From Candidatus Altimarinota bacterium (GTDB lineage: Bacteria > Patescibacteriota > Gracilibacteria > CAIRYL01 > GCA-016699755), in NCBI GenBank assembly GCA_963664295.1, contig OY760935.1:640001-704000 (forward strand): DNA of 64,000 nt. The letters run 5' to 3'. A model generated the notes under the pieces. It saw nothing but the letters and a program-made list of their open reading frames with translations, had not been told where the DNA came from and did no database searches. This document shows, one piece after another, positions 26,591 to 37,115 of this stretch (the stretch's first letter is position 1; every line of letters starts with the position of its first letter). Made by a program: the position numbers and the translations under genes.

Positions 26591-28731
26591 TCTTCTCTTT
26601 TAACACTTACAACGCCATCTACACTTTCAATCCTATCCATGAGAATAGTGATCATTTCAAAGTTATTCACAACTGCTTTTAAATATATCTGAGCAGAAAT
26701 TGGTGAAATACGCTCCAAAAAACCAAAGCTTTTTAAGCTAACTCCTGATTTTACAAAAATATCTACAATATCACGCAGAAGCCCAACTCTGTCTGTGTTT
26801 GTGTTAACAATAAAGGTCACTAAAGCGCTTTTGTCTGATGCCCAACGAGCATCAACCATTCTGGCATGATCAAGGTTTTTTATTGTTTTACAATCAGTCT
26901 TATGCACCGTCACGTGTCCACCTCTAGTAATAAAACCAATAATTCTGTCCCCTTCTTTTGGAGCGCAACATTTTGGCATTTTTACAGGTATTTTTTTCTC
27001 TCCACTGACTAAAATTTCTCCTACTTCTCCTGTTTCAGAAATTATTTTTGTTTTATATGTTTTATTTGCTGGTTTTTTTGACAAGTCTTTTTTTCCTAAT
27101 AAATTTTTAACTATTTTTGAAGCACTTAAAGAGCCATTGCCAATTCTTTCTAAAATTTCCTCTCTTTCTTTAAGAGTTCTTTTTTTGTTGTTTATATTTT
27201 TTAAAGCTTGTAAGTGTGGATCAAGCTCCTCTAAACCAAATCTTACTAATTGTTTGTTTAAAAGCTCTCTGCCTTCTCTGACTATTTTTTCTCTATTTTG
27301 AGACTTTAAATAATTTCTAATTTTATTGCGAGCACTAGTGGTTTTCACAAAAGAAATCCAATTTTGATGTGGGTTTGAATCACGAGAAGTGACAATTTCT
27401 ACAACATTACCGTTTTCAAGCTGATAATCCAATGGCACAATCTTGCCATTTACTTTGGCAATTTTTATGCGCATACCAACATCACTATGCACAGCAAAAG
27501 CAAAATCAACTGGCGTAGCGCCTTGTGGTAAATCTTTCACATCACCATTTGGAGTTAATACAAAAATCCTGTCAGAAAAAGTATCTATTTGGATATTTTG
27601 AAAAAACTCTTTATTACTTTTGATTTTATTTTCAATATCAGCCAAGTGCTTTACCCATACGCCTGGTTTAAGCGGTGTTCTACTTCCGTCTTTATAATGC
27701 CAATGAGCAGCCACACCATATTCTGCCTCCTCTTGCATTTTTGGGGTTCTAATTTGAATTTCAATAGGCACAGACTTTGTTTTAATACCAGAAAGACCAA
27801 TTACAGTAGTATGAAGAGATTTATAGCCATTTGGCTTAGGCACTGCTATATAATCTTTAAATCTTTTTGATAAAGGAGTCCAATATTGATGAATACGACC
27901 TAAAACCACATAACAATCTTTTATTGTTGGCACAACAACTCTAAGGGCAAAAATATCATAAAGACTGTCTATGCTTTCGCTATTCTTGCGTTGCATCTTT
28001 TTGTAAATACTATAGTAGTGTTTTACTCTGCCATTTATTTCTCCTAACACATCATCTTCTTCAAGAGCTTTTTTAAGCTCTTTTTTAGCGTTTTTTAAAA
28101 TACGGGTTCGATATGGCTCATGTTTACGCATTTGCTGAGCAATATCTGTGTATTTATCTGGATAAAGATAAAAAAATGATAAATCTTCTAAGGGGCCTTT
28201 GAGGGCATAGATACCCAATCTTGCAGCTATTGGCGCATAAATTGTTAAAGTTTCCTCTGCAATTCTTTCCTGTTTGTCTTTGCGTAAAAAATGCAATGAC
28301 TGCATATTGTGCAATCTATCAACCAACTTAATTAAAACAACTCTTATGTCTTTTGCCATTGCCAAAAACATTTTTCTCAAACTACCAATTTGCCTATCTT
28401 TTCCATAAGCTCGCACATGAGAAAGTTTTTCCATGCCATCTACCAAATTAGCTACTGTTTTACCGAATTTTTTTTCAATATCTTTTGGTGTTAAATCGCA
28501 TTCTTCAGTGACATCATGAAGCAAAGCTGCTATCAAAGCATCTTCATCTGGCAAAAAATCTAATAAAAGATTAGCTATAGTAAGTGGGTGATAAATATAA
28601 TCTTCACCTGAAGCCCTTTTTTGCCCTTTATGCTGTTCTTTTGCAAACACAAAAGCTTCCTTAACCCTTTTTTTGTCTAAATCAGGGATAAATGTGTCCG
28701 CTTTTTTTAAAAGTTGATCAACAGAAAGCAT
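26587..28731 (-). CDS. rel: Bifunctional (p)ppGpp synthetase/hydrolase (long RSH)
   Basis: LLHD hydrolase motif, DRLHNM, YKSLHT, EIQIRT, TGS and C-terminal ACT. Confidence 0.95.
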   Translation of the reverse strand: MLSVDQLLKKADTFIPDLDKKRVKEAFVFAKEQHKGQKRASGEDYIYHPLTIANLLLDFLPDEDALIAALLHDVTEECDLTPKDIEKKFGKTVANLVDGMEKLSHVRAYGKDRQIGSLRKMFLAMAKDIRVVLIKLVDRLHNMQSLHFLRKDKQERIAEETLTIYAPIAARLGIYALKGPLEDLSFFYLYPDKYTDIAQQMRKHEPYRTRILKNAKKELKKALEEDDVLGEINGRVKHYYSIYKKMQRKNSESIDSLYDIFALRVVVPTIKDCYVVLGRIHQYWTPLSKRFKDYIAVPKPNGYKSLHTTVIGLSGIKTKSVPIEIQIRTPKMQEEAEYGVAAHWHYKDGSRTPLKPGVWVKHLADIENKIKSNKEFFQNIQIDTFSDRIFVLTPNGDVKDLPQGATPVDFAFAVHSDVGMRIKIAKVNGKIVPLDYQLENGNVVEIVTSRDSNPHQNWISFVKTTSARNKIRNYLKSQNREKIVREGRELLNKQLVRFGLEELDPHLQALKNINNKKRTLKEREEILERIGNGSLSASKIVKNLLGKKDLSKKPANKTYKTKIISETGEVGEILVSGEKKIPVKMPKCCAPKEGDRIIGFITRGGHVTVHKTDCKTIKNLDHARMVDARWASDKSALVTFIVNTNTDRVGLLRDIVDIFVKSGVSLKSFGFLERISPISAQIYLKAVVNNFEMITILMDRIESVDGVVSVKRED

Positions 28732-28761
28732 AAATTATTAAAATTAAGCCTTAAAACAAGC

Positions 28762-29721
28762 CTATTTTCTTTTTATTCTTATTAAACTGGATAAAGGCAA
28801 AACTTCAACTCCTTTTTTCTCATATTCATCAAGAATGTGGTTCATGCCCAAGGAATCAGCAGCCATATGTGAACAAACAATTACATTTAAATGATGTTTT
28901 TCTGCTTCTTTTTTGTTATCTTCAGAAATATGCATTTTAATTATTGTCCCCACTCCTGCCTGAGCAAGTCGTTCAAACATTTTCTTGCTTCCACTAGTGC
29001 CACCTGTCATGCCTGTTGCAGCAATTTTTCCTGGCTTTGAGTTTTTATTGCCCACAAAAATCTCCGGCGGATTACCTCTACGAGCAGATTCTTCAAACTC
29101 AGGAATTTTATAAATAGCATCAAGTACATGACCTAGAGTTTTAAATTGTTTTGAACAAACATGTTTATTCATATAGGCATAAGCACAGTTATCAGCAGGA
29201 GTATGAATATTAAAATAAGGAATACCAAGTATTTCTGCTGTTCTTTCTTCACGAAAAGCATTGATAGAATGTAAAGATCGATCTATTTCTGCCATACGAG
29301 GAGCTAAAAGCTTTTCTGCTACATTTGGCGCAACACCTAATTCTTCAAAAATATCTTCTTGCAAACGCATAACACCTGTTAATCCGAGCAATGCTCTGCC
29401 TTCTGGGTGATGTGCCATAACTGCGTCTATTTTTTGTCCACTTTTATTAAGCTCATTTACTAACAATAATTCTGGTGTTTCTATGTCAATTCCCACTGCA
29501 ATTTTTTTAATTTTTGCTTTTGGATCACCAAATAAAACACGAGAGTCAGAAAAAGGGTGCTTAAATCTTTCTTTATCAAAGTATTTTTGCTTTTGTTTAT
29601 CTAGTTTTTTATATGCTTTTTCCTGCTCTTTTAGGAATTCTTTTATGTCGTCTTTTTTACGGGGATCGTTTTTAAGCCCCATAGCAATAGCTAAATCAAA
29701 AATTTCTTGTAATGTTTGCAT
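28762..29721 (-). CDS. NIF3/NGG1-interacting-factor-like metal-binding protein
   Basis: GIDI, AHHPEG, IHTPADN, MH, H..ADSLGMN. Confidence 0.8.
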   Translation of the reverse strand: MQTLQEIFDLAIAMGLKNDPRKKDDIKEFLKEQEKAYKKLDKQKQKYFDKERFKHPFSDSRVLFGDPKAKIKKIAVGIDIETPELLLVNELNKSGQKIDAVMAHHPEGRALLGLTGVMRLQEDIFEELGVAPNVAEKLLAPRMAEIDRSLHSINAFREERTAEILGIPYFNIHTPADNCAYAYMNKHVCSKQFKTLGHVLDAIYKIPEFEESARRGNPPEIFVGNKNSKPGKIAATGMTGGTSGSKKMFERLAQAGVGTIIKMHISEDNKKEAEKHHLNVIVCSHMAADSLGMNHILDEYEKKGVEVLPLSSLIRIKRK

Positions 29722-29822
29722 AAATCTATAAATAAAAGCTTTTTTATTTTCTCATCAAACTTTGAAAATTACAATTATTTGTGTAATAATGCTCAATGTT
29801 TTTGACATTTTGAATTTTTGCA

Positions 29823-31016
29823 ATGAAAACACTAAAAAAACTAACAGCCCTACTAGGCTCACTTGCCTTATTTATGGGCATGAGTGCTGATGCACTCGCG
29901 ATCTCTCGCATACCACAGGCTATGCAACAAACAAACCAAATTATTGAAGAAAGATCCGTTGAATTTCAAGGATCAAAAAACACAACTGAACCTTCTAGTG
30001 AAACAGAAATGGAAAGCATGGAGCTTCAAAGGCAATATTGGGAAGAACTTTTTGCTTTTGAGCAAAAAGCCGACGAAGAAAAAGGTCAATTCTTAATGGA
30101 GCTTGATGTTGACATTAAAGCTGAAGATTTTGAGGCAGTAATAGATCTTCAACTAAAAGCTATTGTTGATGTTGTTAAACAAAAACTAGAAGAAAAACTT
30201 TCTGGCTCTGTTTACTTCAATGACAAGTCACCTTACCTTGATGAACCAGAAGATGGAAAAATTCAAGGAAACGTCACTATTCGTGTAATAGAAGATGATT
30301 TTTATCTTTTATTAGAAGACTTTATTACTGAAGGTAGCGCTGAGGAAGAAATGATGATTTTTGATCTTCTTTGTGGCAATTGGGTTCACTTTGACGCCAC
30401 AGAAGCTCTTGGTGAAAATTTCTGGAGTCAATCAGGCGATATCAACGCTTCTGACTTAAACGCTGGCTCTGTTAAAGACATTGAACAAGTCTTTGCAGAA
30501 GTTTTAATGCAAGAGGCAAATTTATCAGAAATAGAAGCATATAAAGTAGCAAGTCAATTTTCTTTGCAAAAACTATTTTATATATCTAAACACAAATCTA
30601 GCGACGGACAATTGGTTTATAACTTAGAGCTAAGAAAAGACAGGGTAAAAAGAGCATTTTTAAGCACTGGACAAATTATTGACGAACCTCTTGATAAAGA
30701 GGATGTTGCTGAATTGGAAGAATTTTTAGACAAAATAGAATTAAAACTTAGCTTTTATGCTAATGAAGAAAAAAATACTTTTGAAGCTATGAGAATAGTT
30801 TTCTCAATGGAAGATATTGAAGATATAGACAGTGTTTATGTTAAATTTTCTATTGATGTTCTTGATTGGGACGATGATACAAAAATCAGAGCACCTGAAA
30901 ACTACGAAGATTTAGAAGATTTCTTTATGATGCTAGAGCCAGAATATGAAGAATTTGAATACGAAGAATATGAAGAAGCAGAAGTTTTAGATAGTCCTGA
31001 AGCAGTAATCGAATAA
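29823..31016 (+). CDS. Secreted acidic hypothetical protein
   Basis: Sec signal peptide MKTLKKLTALLGSLALFMGMSADALA; 397 aa. Confidence 0.8.
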   Translation: MKTLKKLTALLGSLALFMGMSADALAISRIPQAMQQTNQIIEERSVEFQGSKNTTEPSSETEMESMELQRQYWEELFAFEQKADEEKGQFLMELDVDIKAEDFEAVIDLQLKAIVDVVKQKLEEKLSGSVYFNDKSPYLDEPEDGKIQGNVTIRVIEDDFYLLLEDFITEGSAEEEMMIFDLLCGNWVHFDATEALGENFWSQSGDINASDLNAGSVKDIEQVFAEVLMQEANLSEIEAYKVASQFSLQKLFYISKHKSSDGQLVYNLELRKDRVKRAFLSTGQIIDEPLDKEDVAELEEFLDKIELKLSFYANEEKNTFEAMRIVFSMEDIEDIDSVYVKFSIDVLDWDDDTKIRAPENYEDLEDFFMMLEPEYEEFEYEEYEEAEVLDSPEAVIE

Positions 31017-31040
31017 ATCAATACAGCTTAAATAGACTTA

Positions 31041-31070
31041 AAAAACCCGCTAAATAATTAGCGGGTTTTT
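31041..31070. terminator. Bidirectional intrinsic terminator
   Basis: AAAAACCCGCTAA-ataa-TTAGCGGGTTTTT between convergent genes. Confidence 0.85.
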
Positions 31071-31084
31071 ATTTTTTTAAATAA

Positions 31085-31696
31085 CTAATCAATATCTTCA
31101 CTATTATTAAAATCCAATTCCATTTGTTGATTTGCAGGGCTATCTTTAAACTCTTTTTTTCCGAATTCCACAAGAAGACTATGAACATAAAAATCAGGTA
31201 AATCATCGGGAATACAAGAGCCTGGCAATTCTTTAATATTTTTTAATAATTCTGTCTCAAAAATAAATAAAAATGTTGTTAAATCAATAATTGGGCTCAT
31301 TACTTCTGCATTATCACGACCAAAAATACCAATTATCCTAAAACATTCTGATAATGCATCTTGCACTAAACTTTTAAACCTGGAAATAACCTCATTTAAT
31401 GCATTTTTGGATTTCTCTTGATTAAGTTCTCCATTTTGCCAATCATTTTTTAATAATTTTATAATATTCATCATTTTAGCTCCTTCGTTATCAAACTCGC
31501 TTTTTATATAACTTAAATAAGAAAGAACCTGTTCAGTTGCTTCCTTTTCTTGCTCTTTAGGATCAACTATTTTTAAAACTTTACCTTTTGTTTCCATAGC
31601 TCTTGATGGAGCAAGGGGATTTTTTTTATCCAAAAAGGGAGTTATTTGATGAGCAAATAATTTTTTTTCTGGGCCTTTAGGGGAGTTTGGGTTCAT
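31085..31696 (-). CDS. Hypothetical protein
   Basis: 203-aa ORF ending at the terminator. Confidence 0.7.
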   Translation of the reverse strand: MNPNSPKGPEKKLFAHQITPFLDKKNPLAPSRAMETKGKVLKIVDPKEQEKEATEQVLSYLSYIKSEFDNEGAKMMNIIKLLKNDWQNGELNQEKSKNALNEVISRFKSLVQDALSECFRIIGIFGRDNAEVMSPIIDLTTFLFIFETELLKNIKELPGSCIPDDLPDFYVHSLLVEFGKKEFKDSPANQQMELDFNNSEDID

Positions 31697-31757
31697 TTGA
31701 GAGAAAAGCTTTTGAAAACCTTTTTTATTTTAAAAGGTGCTTATTTCTACATCATTT

Positions 31758-32471
31758 TTATAAATTTGTCAATAGTTTTTCTATTTCTTTTTTGTCCAAT
31801 TTTTTAAATTCACCTATTTTTATATTAAGTTCATCTAGTTTTAATGAGCCGATTTGCACTCTTTGTAAGCTTTTTACTTGCGAACCAACTTTGCGCACTA
31901 TTCTACGAATTTGTCTATTTTTTCCTTCTTTCAAAGTTATATAAAACTTGGTAGCAGAAATTTTTTTTATTTTTGTGGGCAAAGTTTTAGAGCCAAAAAG
32001 ATTAACTCCTTCACGCAATTTATCTAAAGCACCTTTTACTAGAGGTTTATTTAGCTCAACTAAATATACTTTTTTATGCTCAAAACTGGGATGAGTAAGT
32101 TGATAAGCTAAGTCACCATCATTAGTAAGCAATATTAAACCTGTTGTTTCTTTGTCTAGCCTGCCAACAGGATAAACTCGCTCTGGCACATCTAATAAAT
32201 CAATTACTATTTTTCTCTCTACTTTTGTTTTATGAGTTGAACAAACATAAGCCAATGGCTTATTTAAAGCATATACCACTTTTTTTTGCTCTCTTTCTTG
32301 AATTGCTTTTTCCGAAACTTCCACCTTGTCTTTTTCTGGATCTATTTTTACCCCCTGCTCTGTTATTGTTTTTCCATTCACCTTCACAGCACCCTGATCC
32401 ATAAGCTTTTCTGCTTCTCTGCGAGAACATACACCTTGATCAGCCAAATATTTATTTAATCTTATCTGCAC
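31758..32471 (-). CDS. rRNA pseudouridine synthase (RsuA/RluB family, S4 domain)
   Basis: RLNKYLA...SRREAE, PVGRLDKETTGL, EGKNRQIRR. Confidence 0.93.
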   Translation of the reverse strand: MQIRLNKYLADQGVCSRREAEKLMDQGAVKVNGKTITEQGVKIDPEKDKVEVSEKAIQEREQKKVVYALNKPLAYVCSTHKTKVERKIVIDLLDVPERVYPVGRLDKETTGLILLTNDGDLAYQLTHPSFEHKKVYLVELNKPLVKGALDKLREGVNLFGSKTLPTKIKKISATKFYITLKEGKNRQIRRIVRKVGSQVKSLQRVQIGSLKLDELNIKIGEFKKLDKKEIEKLLTNL

Positions 32472-32549
32472 ATAGTTATTATAACAAAAAAATTATTTGC
32501 CATTTAAAAAAAAGCATGACACAATTTTTTCATCTTTTTTTAAAAAAAC

Positions 32550-32750
32550 ATGGCTGACAACGACAATAAAGTACAAGTTAACCAAGATCTTTGCATTGGC
32601 TGTGGCATGTGCGCATCAATATCTCCAGATATTTTTGCAATTAATCACGAAATCGGCAAAGCTGAGGTTAAAGATGACATGGAAAATGCTTGCGATCAAG
32701 CCACTCAAGCAAAAGATATGTGTCCTGTTGGCGCTATATCTTGTGAATAA
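32550..32750 (+). CDS. Single-cluster [4Fe-4S] ferredoxin
   Basis: CIGCGMC...CPVGAI. Confidence 0.9.
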   Translation: MADNDNKVQVNQDLCIGCGMCASISPDIFAINHEIGKAEVKDDMENACDQATQAKDMCPVGAISCE

Positions 32751-32769
32751 ATAATTTTTATATTTAAAA

Positions 32770-32997
32770 ATGATAACTAAAGAAATGAAAATTTCTACGA
32801 TAGTGACGCGCTATCCGGAAAGTATTGATATTTTTTTCGATTTTGGAATGGGCTGTGTTGGTTGCCCTTCTGCGGCTTTTGAAAGCGTAGAAGATGGCGC
32901 AAAAAAACACGGTCTTAACGAAGACGAGCTAGAAGACCTTTTGGATCAACTAAACGAAGTTGCAGAAACAGAAGAGGTTGCAAATGAGGAAGAATAA
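32770..32997 (+). CDS. DUF1858 / hybrid-cluster-associated redox disulfide protein
   Basis: ITKEMKI...YPE...GMGCVGCP.A.FES...HG. Confidence 0.85.
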   Translation: MITKEMKISTIVTRYPESIDIFFDFGMGCVGCPSAAFESVEDGAKKHGLNEDELEDLLDQLNEVAETEEVANEEE

Positions 32998-33408
32998 CTA
33001 ACTTAATTCTTTTAAAAATAAAATTTCTAAAGGCTCTTTTGGCATAATCAATGAACCACATTCTTGATATCCCAATTTTTTATAAAAAAATTGAGCCTCT
33101 TCATTAGATAAAGATGAAGTCATTATTAGTTTGTAATCTTTTTTTCGCATTTCATTTTCCCAAAAATCAAGTATTTGCTTGCCAATTCCTTGATTTCTAA
33201 AGCTTTTTTGTGCGTACAATAAATTAACAAAAGGAATATTATCCCAAAAATATCCCCACCGAAGCCAAGCAATAATTCTATCTTCTTTTTTTACAACAAT
33301 AATTTCTTTGTTTTTAATTTTTTGCTCAAGCATTGCACTTGAAATATGCTTATCTTCTTTGAAGATATTTTTGTCTTTTAATTCAAGATATTGAATATTT
33401 AAACTCAT
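32998..33408 (-). CDS. GNAT family N-acetyltransferase
   Basis: FRNQGIGK acetyl-CoA motif, N..AQFFYKKLGY. Confidence 0.88.
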   Translation of the reverse strand: MSLNIQYLELKDKNIFKEDKHISSAMLEQKIKNKEIIVVKKEDRIIAWLRWGYFWDNIPFVNLLYAQKSFRNQGIGKQILDFWENEMRKKDYKLIMTSSLSNEEAQFFYKKLGYQECGSLIMPKEPLEILFLKELS

Positions 33409-35717
33409 AGAGTTTTAATCTTTTTCTCTGTTTTAAATCCTTGAAGAATATCCCCTTCTTCTACTTTTATCTTACCTTCAAACTGAATACCACATTCTTG
33501 GTTTTCTTCTATTTTATCTACTTTTTTCTCAAAATGCTGAATAATAGAAGCAGTACCCTCACCCACTTTTTCATTATTTCTAAGTACAACTATTTTTTGA
33601 CCTTTTTCTATAAAACCCTTATTAACTTTACAACCAACAATAAGCACTTTTCCTTTTGACCAAAAAATCTTCTTTGCTTCTGCTTCTCCTGTCAATATTT
33701 CTTCATATTCTGGCTCAAGCAAGCCCTCTAAAATCTTTTTCACTGTTTCTGTAAGTTCAAAAATAATATCAAAATTTTGAACCTCGGTTTTTTCTTGCTC
33801 TGCTATTCGTTTTACCCTTGGCGAAGTGCGAACATTAAAGCTCACAACAATTCCTTGGCTTGCTGCTGCCATCAAAACATCACTTTCTGTCACAGCGCCA
33901 ACACCAGCATGAATTACTTTTACTGCTACTTCATCATTTTTGATTTTTTCCAACTCCTGACGAACAGCCTCAAGAGAACCATCACTATCTGCCTTAAGAA
34001 CAACTTTCAAAAAATTCATCTTGCCCATTTTAAGTTGTTCCATAATTTCACCAACTCCCATACCAGCACCAGATTTATCACCTTCCAGATCTGAAATTTC
34101 TTCTAATTTTTGCTTAACTATTTTATTTGAAGCAAAAACTTGCAATATTTCACCAGCTGGCACGCTTTCTGAAAGACCGGCAATTTGCACAGCATCAGAA
34201 GGACCTGCTTTTTTTATTTTTTTACCCTCATCAGTAAGCATGGATTTAATCTTTCCACCTACTTTTCCAACAATAAAATTATCAGCAATTTTTAAAGTAC
34301 CTGTATTTATTAAAATAGTAGCAACTGGACCTAATGATTCATCTAAATGAGACTCTATTACAGTGCCAACTGCTAATCTTTTTGGATTTGCTTTTAACTC
34401 AAGCATTTCAGAAACAAGTACAATCATATCTAAAAGCGTGTCTATGCCCTCACCAGTAAGACCAGAAACAGGCACTGTGACGGTGCTTCCTCCCCAATCT
34501 TCTGGAGTGAGATCATGAGAAGATAATTCTCCTTTTACCTTATCTATATTTGCACTTGGACGGTCAATTTTATTGATAGCAACTATTATAGTTGATCCTG
34601 CCTCACGAGCATGATTAATAGCCTCGATTGTTTGTGGTTTTACTCCTTCGTCTGCTGCAACAACCAAAATAGCAATATCTGCTGTTTTTGCACCTCTGGC
34701 ACGCATGGCAGTAAAAGCTTCATGCCCAGGAGTGTCTAAAAAAGTAATTATCTTACCTTTTTTTGTTATTTGATGAGCACCAATTCTCTGTGTAATGCCC
34801 CCTGCTTCACTTTCAGCAACTTTTGTTTTATGAATTGCATCTAATATTTTAGTTTTACCGTGATCAACATGACCCATAACAGCAACAACTGGTGGTCTTT
34901 CTGTTAAGTTTTCTTTTTCATCTGCGAGCAATTTATCTAAATCTTTAGCAAATAAATCCTTAGAACTAGCGGTAGTTTGCTCTTTTTTAACCTTCACCTC
35001 AAGCTCATCAGCAACAATAGCGCAAGTGTCAAAATCAATTGTGTTGTTTATTGTTGCCATTACGCCATTTTTAATCAATATTGCTACTATTTTTGATGGA
35101 CTAACGCCAATTTTTTCAGAAAATTCTTTCACAATAATTTTTTCTGGCAATTCTACTGTGCCTTCTTTCTTTTTTAACTCTGGCGTCTTTGATTTTGCTT
35201 TTTGAAAAACTTTTTGTTCAAGCTTTTCCGCTTCTATTTCTTCTTTGGATTTTCTTTTTTTCTGCTCTACTTTTGACTTTGTTTGTGCTTTTTTAGCTTC
35301 TTCAGGTGATATTTCTATTTTTCTAAAAATAGCTCTTTTTGGCTTATCTTCTTCTTTTTCGCTTTCTTTTTCTTCTTTTTTCTTTGCTTTAATTTTCTTT
35401 TCTTCTTTGCTTTGTTGGCTATCTTCTCTGGATTGCTTGGCAATTCTACTCATTCTTTCTAAGGCGCTTTCTTCTTTTTGTTCCTCTGCCTCCTCTTCTT
35501 GAACCTCCTCTACTTCCTCCTCAAAACTAATTAATGGTGCAATTTTTTTGCCCAATTTGCGAGCAACAAAGCGCACAATACCATTAGCAATGCTTTCTGG
35601 AAATTCACGCTCCGAAGGGCGAACGCCAAAATTAACCTCACTAAGATATTTTCTAAGTTCTTGTGTGCTTATGCCTAAATGTTGTGCAACTGTTATTGCG
35701 CGTATCTTTTTATTCAC
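33405..35717 (-). CDS. infB: Translation initiation factor IF-2
   Basis: [28 protein letters not shown]; GTG start. Confidence 0.97.
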   Translation of the reverse strand: MNKKIRAITVAQHLGISTQELRKYLSEVNFGVRPSEREFPESIANGIVRFVARKLGKKIAPLISFEEEVEEVQEEEAEEQKEESALERMSRIAKQSREDSQQSKEEKKIKAKKKEEKESEKEEDKPKRAIFRKIEISPEEAKKAQTKSKVEQKKRKSKEEIEAEKLEQKVFQKAKSKTPELKKKEGTVELPEKIIVKEFSEKIGVSPSKIVAILIKNGVMATINNTIDFDTCAIVADELEVKVKKEQTTASSKDLFAKDLDKLLADEKENLTERPPVVAVMGHVDHGKTKILDAIHKTKVAESEAGGITQRIGAHQITKKGKIITFLDTPGHEAFTAMRARGAKTADIAILVVAADEGVKPQTIEAINHAREAGSTIIVAINKIDRPSANIDKVKGELSSHDLTPEDWGGSTVTVPVSGLTGEGIDTLLDMIVLVSEMLELKANPKRLAVGTVIESHLDESLGPVATILINTGTLKIADNFIVGKVGGKIKSMLTDEGKKIKKAGPSDAVQIAGLSESVPAGEILQVFASNKIVKQKLEEISDLEGDKSGAGMGVGEIMEQLKMGKMNFLKVVLKADSDGSLEAVRQELEKIKNDEVAVKVIHAGVGAVTESDVLMAAASQGIVVSFNVRTSPRVKRIAEQEKTEVQNFDIIFELTETVKKILEGLLEPEYEEILTGEAEAKKIFWSKGKVLIVGCKVNKGFIEKGQKIVVLRNNEKVGEGTASIIQHFEKKVDKIEENQECGIQFEGKIKVEEGDILQGFKTEKKIKTL

Positions 35718-35805
35718 CTATTTAGGATGCCATTAAATAAAAGCTAAGGCAAGTCAAAAGCTTAAACACTTCACATTTTCTAAAAAAAATGAGAAAATAT
35801 TAAAG

Positions 35806-36507
35806 ATGAAATACAAAAAAATACTTTTAAAGATATCTGGCGAAACTTTTTCTGAAAATAATTCAAATATTAGTAAGAATCGTTTAGAACAATTTACAGA
35901 AGAATTAAAAGAATTATTAGAGCTTGGTGTAGAAATCGGTCTAGTTATTGGTGGAGGAAATTTTTGGCGCAAACGTGATTTTGGCGAACTTGAGCTTGAG
36001 CCTACAAAATCAGATGAAATTGGCATGATGGCAACAATAATGAATGGACTTATTTTTTCCGCTTACCTAAAAACAAAAAATATTCCTGTTAAGGTTTTTT
36101 CTGCCAAACTTGCTCCAGGATTTGCAGAAAACTACAACGAAGAAGAAGCAAAAAAAGCATTAAAAAAAGGCAAAATAACAATCTTAACCGGAGGCACAGG
36201 TAATCCATTTTTTACCACTGACTCCGCTGTAGTTTTAAGAGCACTAGAACTAGGTTCTGATGTTATATTCAAAGGCACAAAAGTAGATGGTGTTTTTGAC
36301 TCTGACCCAGAAACAAATCCTTCTGCCAAAAAATTCGAAAAAATATCTTACGAAGAAGCAATAGAAAAAAACCTTAAAGTAATGGATCAAACTGCTTTTT
36401 CTTTAGCTTTAAACAAAAGACTTCCTTTGCTAGTTTTTAATATCTTTGAAAAAGGAGCACTCAAAAAGGCAGTAAATGGAGAAAAAATCGGCACCCTTGT
36501 AATTTAA
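35806..36507 (+). CDS. pyrH: UMP kinase
   Basis: LLKISGE, GGGNFWR, GNPFFTTDS. Confidence 0.95.
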   Translation: MKYKKILLKISGETFSENNSNISKNRLEQFTEELKELLELGVEIGLVIGGGNFWRKRDFGELELEPTKSDEIGMMATIMNGLIFSAYLKTKNIPVKVFSAKLAPGFAENYNEEEAKKALKKGKITILTGGTGNPFFTTDSAVVLRALELGSDVIFKGTKVDGVFDSDPETNPSAKKFEKISYEEAIEKNLKVMDQTAFSLALNKRLPLLVFNIFEKGALKKAVNGEKIGTLVI

Positions 36508-36548
36508 AATTTTTTCTGGCAATATTTTTTGCGATCTTTGTTTTTCTT

Positions 36549-37106
36549 ATGCCAGAACATACTTTGCAGGAGGCAAAAGACCGCTTCCAAAAGGCTCTTG
36601 ATTTTCTAAAAAAAGAATATTCCACGCTTCATACGGGCAGGGCAGACTCTCGCCTTGTTGAAGATGTTTCTATAGACGCTTATGGCTCAACTCAGCCCTT
36701 AAAGCATCTAGCTAATATCTCTATTGATGCACAAACAATAATGATCTCACCATGGGACAAATCCATGCTTCAAGTAATTGAAAAATCTTTAGAAAATAAT
36801 TCAAAAATTAGCTTTAGTATGCAAAATGATGGCACTGTTATTCGTCTTAATGTGCCACCTCTAACAGAGGAAAGCAGAAAAGAAATTGCAAAAACAGTTC
36901 ATTCAATGGCGGAAAACGCTCGCATATCTGTACGCAATGCTCGTCACGATCTTCACTCTGTTTTAAAAAAGAAAAAAGACGATAAAGAAGTTTCTGAAGA
37001 TGAATTTTTCAGAACAGAAAAAGAGCTACAAGAAAAAGTTGATGAAACAAATAAAAAAATCGACGAACTAGCAAAAAATAAAGAATCAGAAATTATGACA
37101 ATTTAA
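36549..37106 (+). CDS. frr: Ribosome recycling factor
   Basis: TGRA, PPLTEE.R, RNARH; follows pyrH. Confidence 0.95.
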   Translation: MPEHTLQEAKDRFQKALDFLKKEYSTLHTGRADSRLVEDVSIDAYGSTQPLKHLANISIDAQTIMISPWDKSMLQVIEKSLENNSKISFSMQNDGTVIRLNVPPLTEESRKEIAKTVHSMAENARISVRNARHDLHSVLKKKKDDKEVSEDEFFRTEKELQEKVDETNKKIDELAKNKESEIMTI

Positions 37107-37115
37107 AAACAATAA

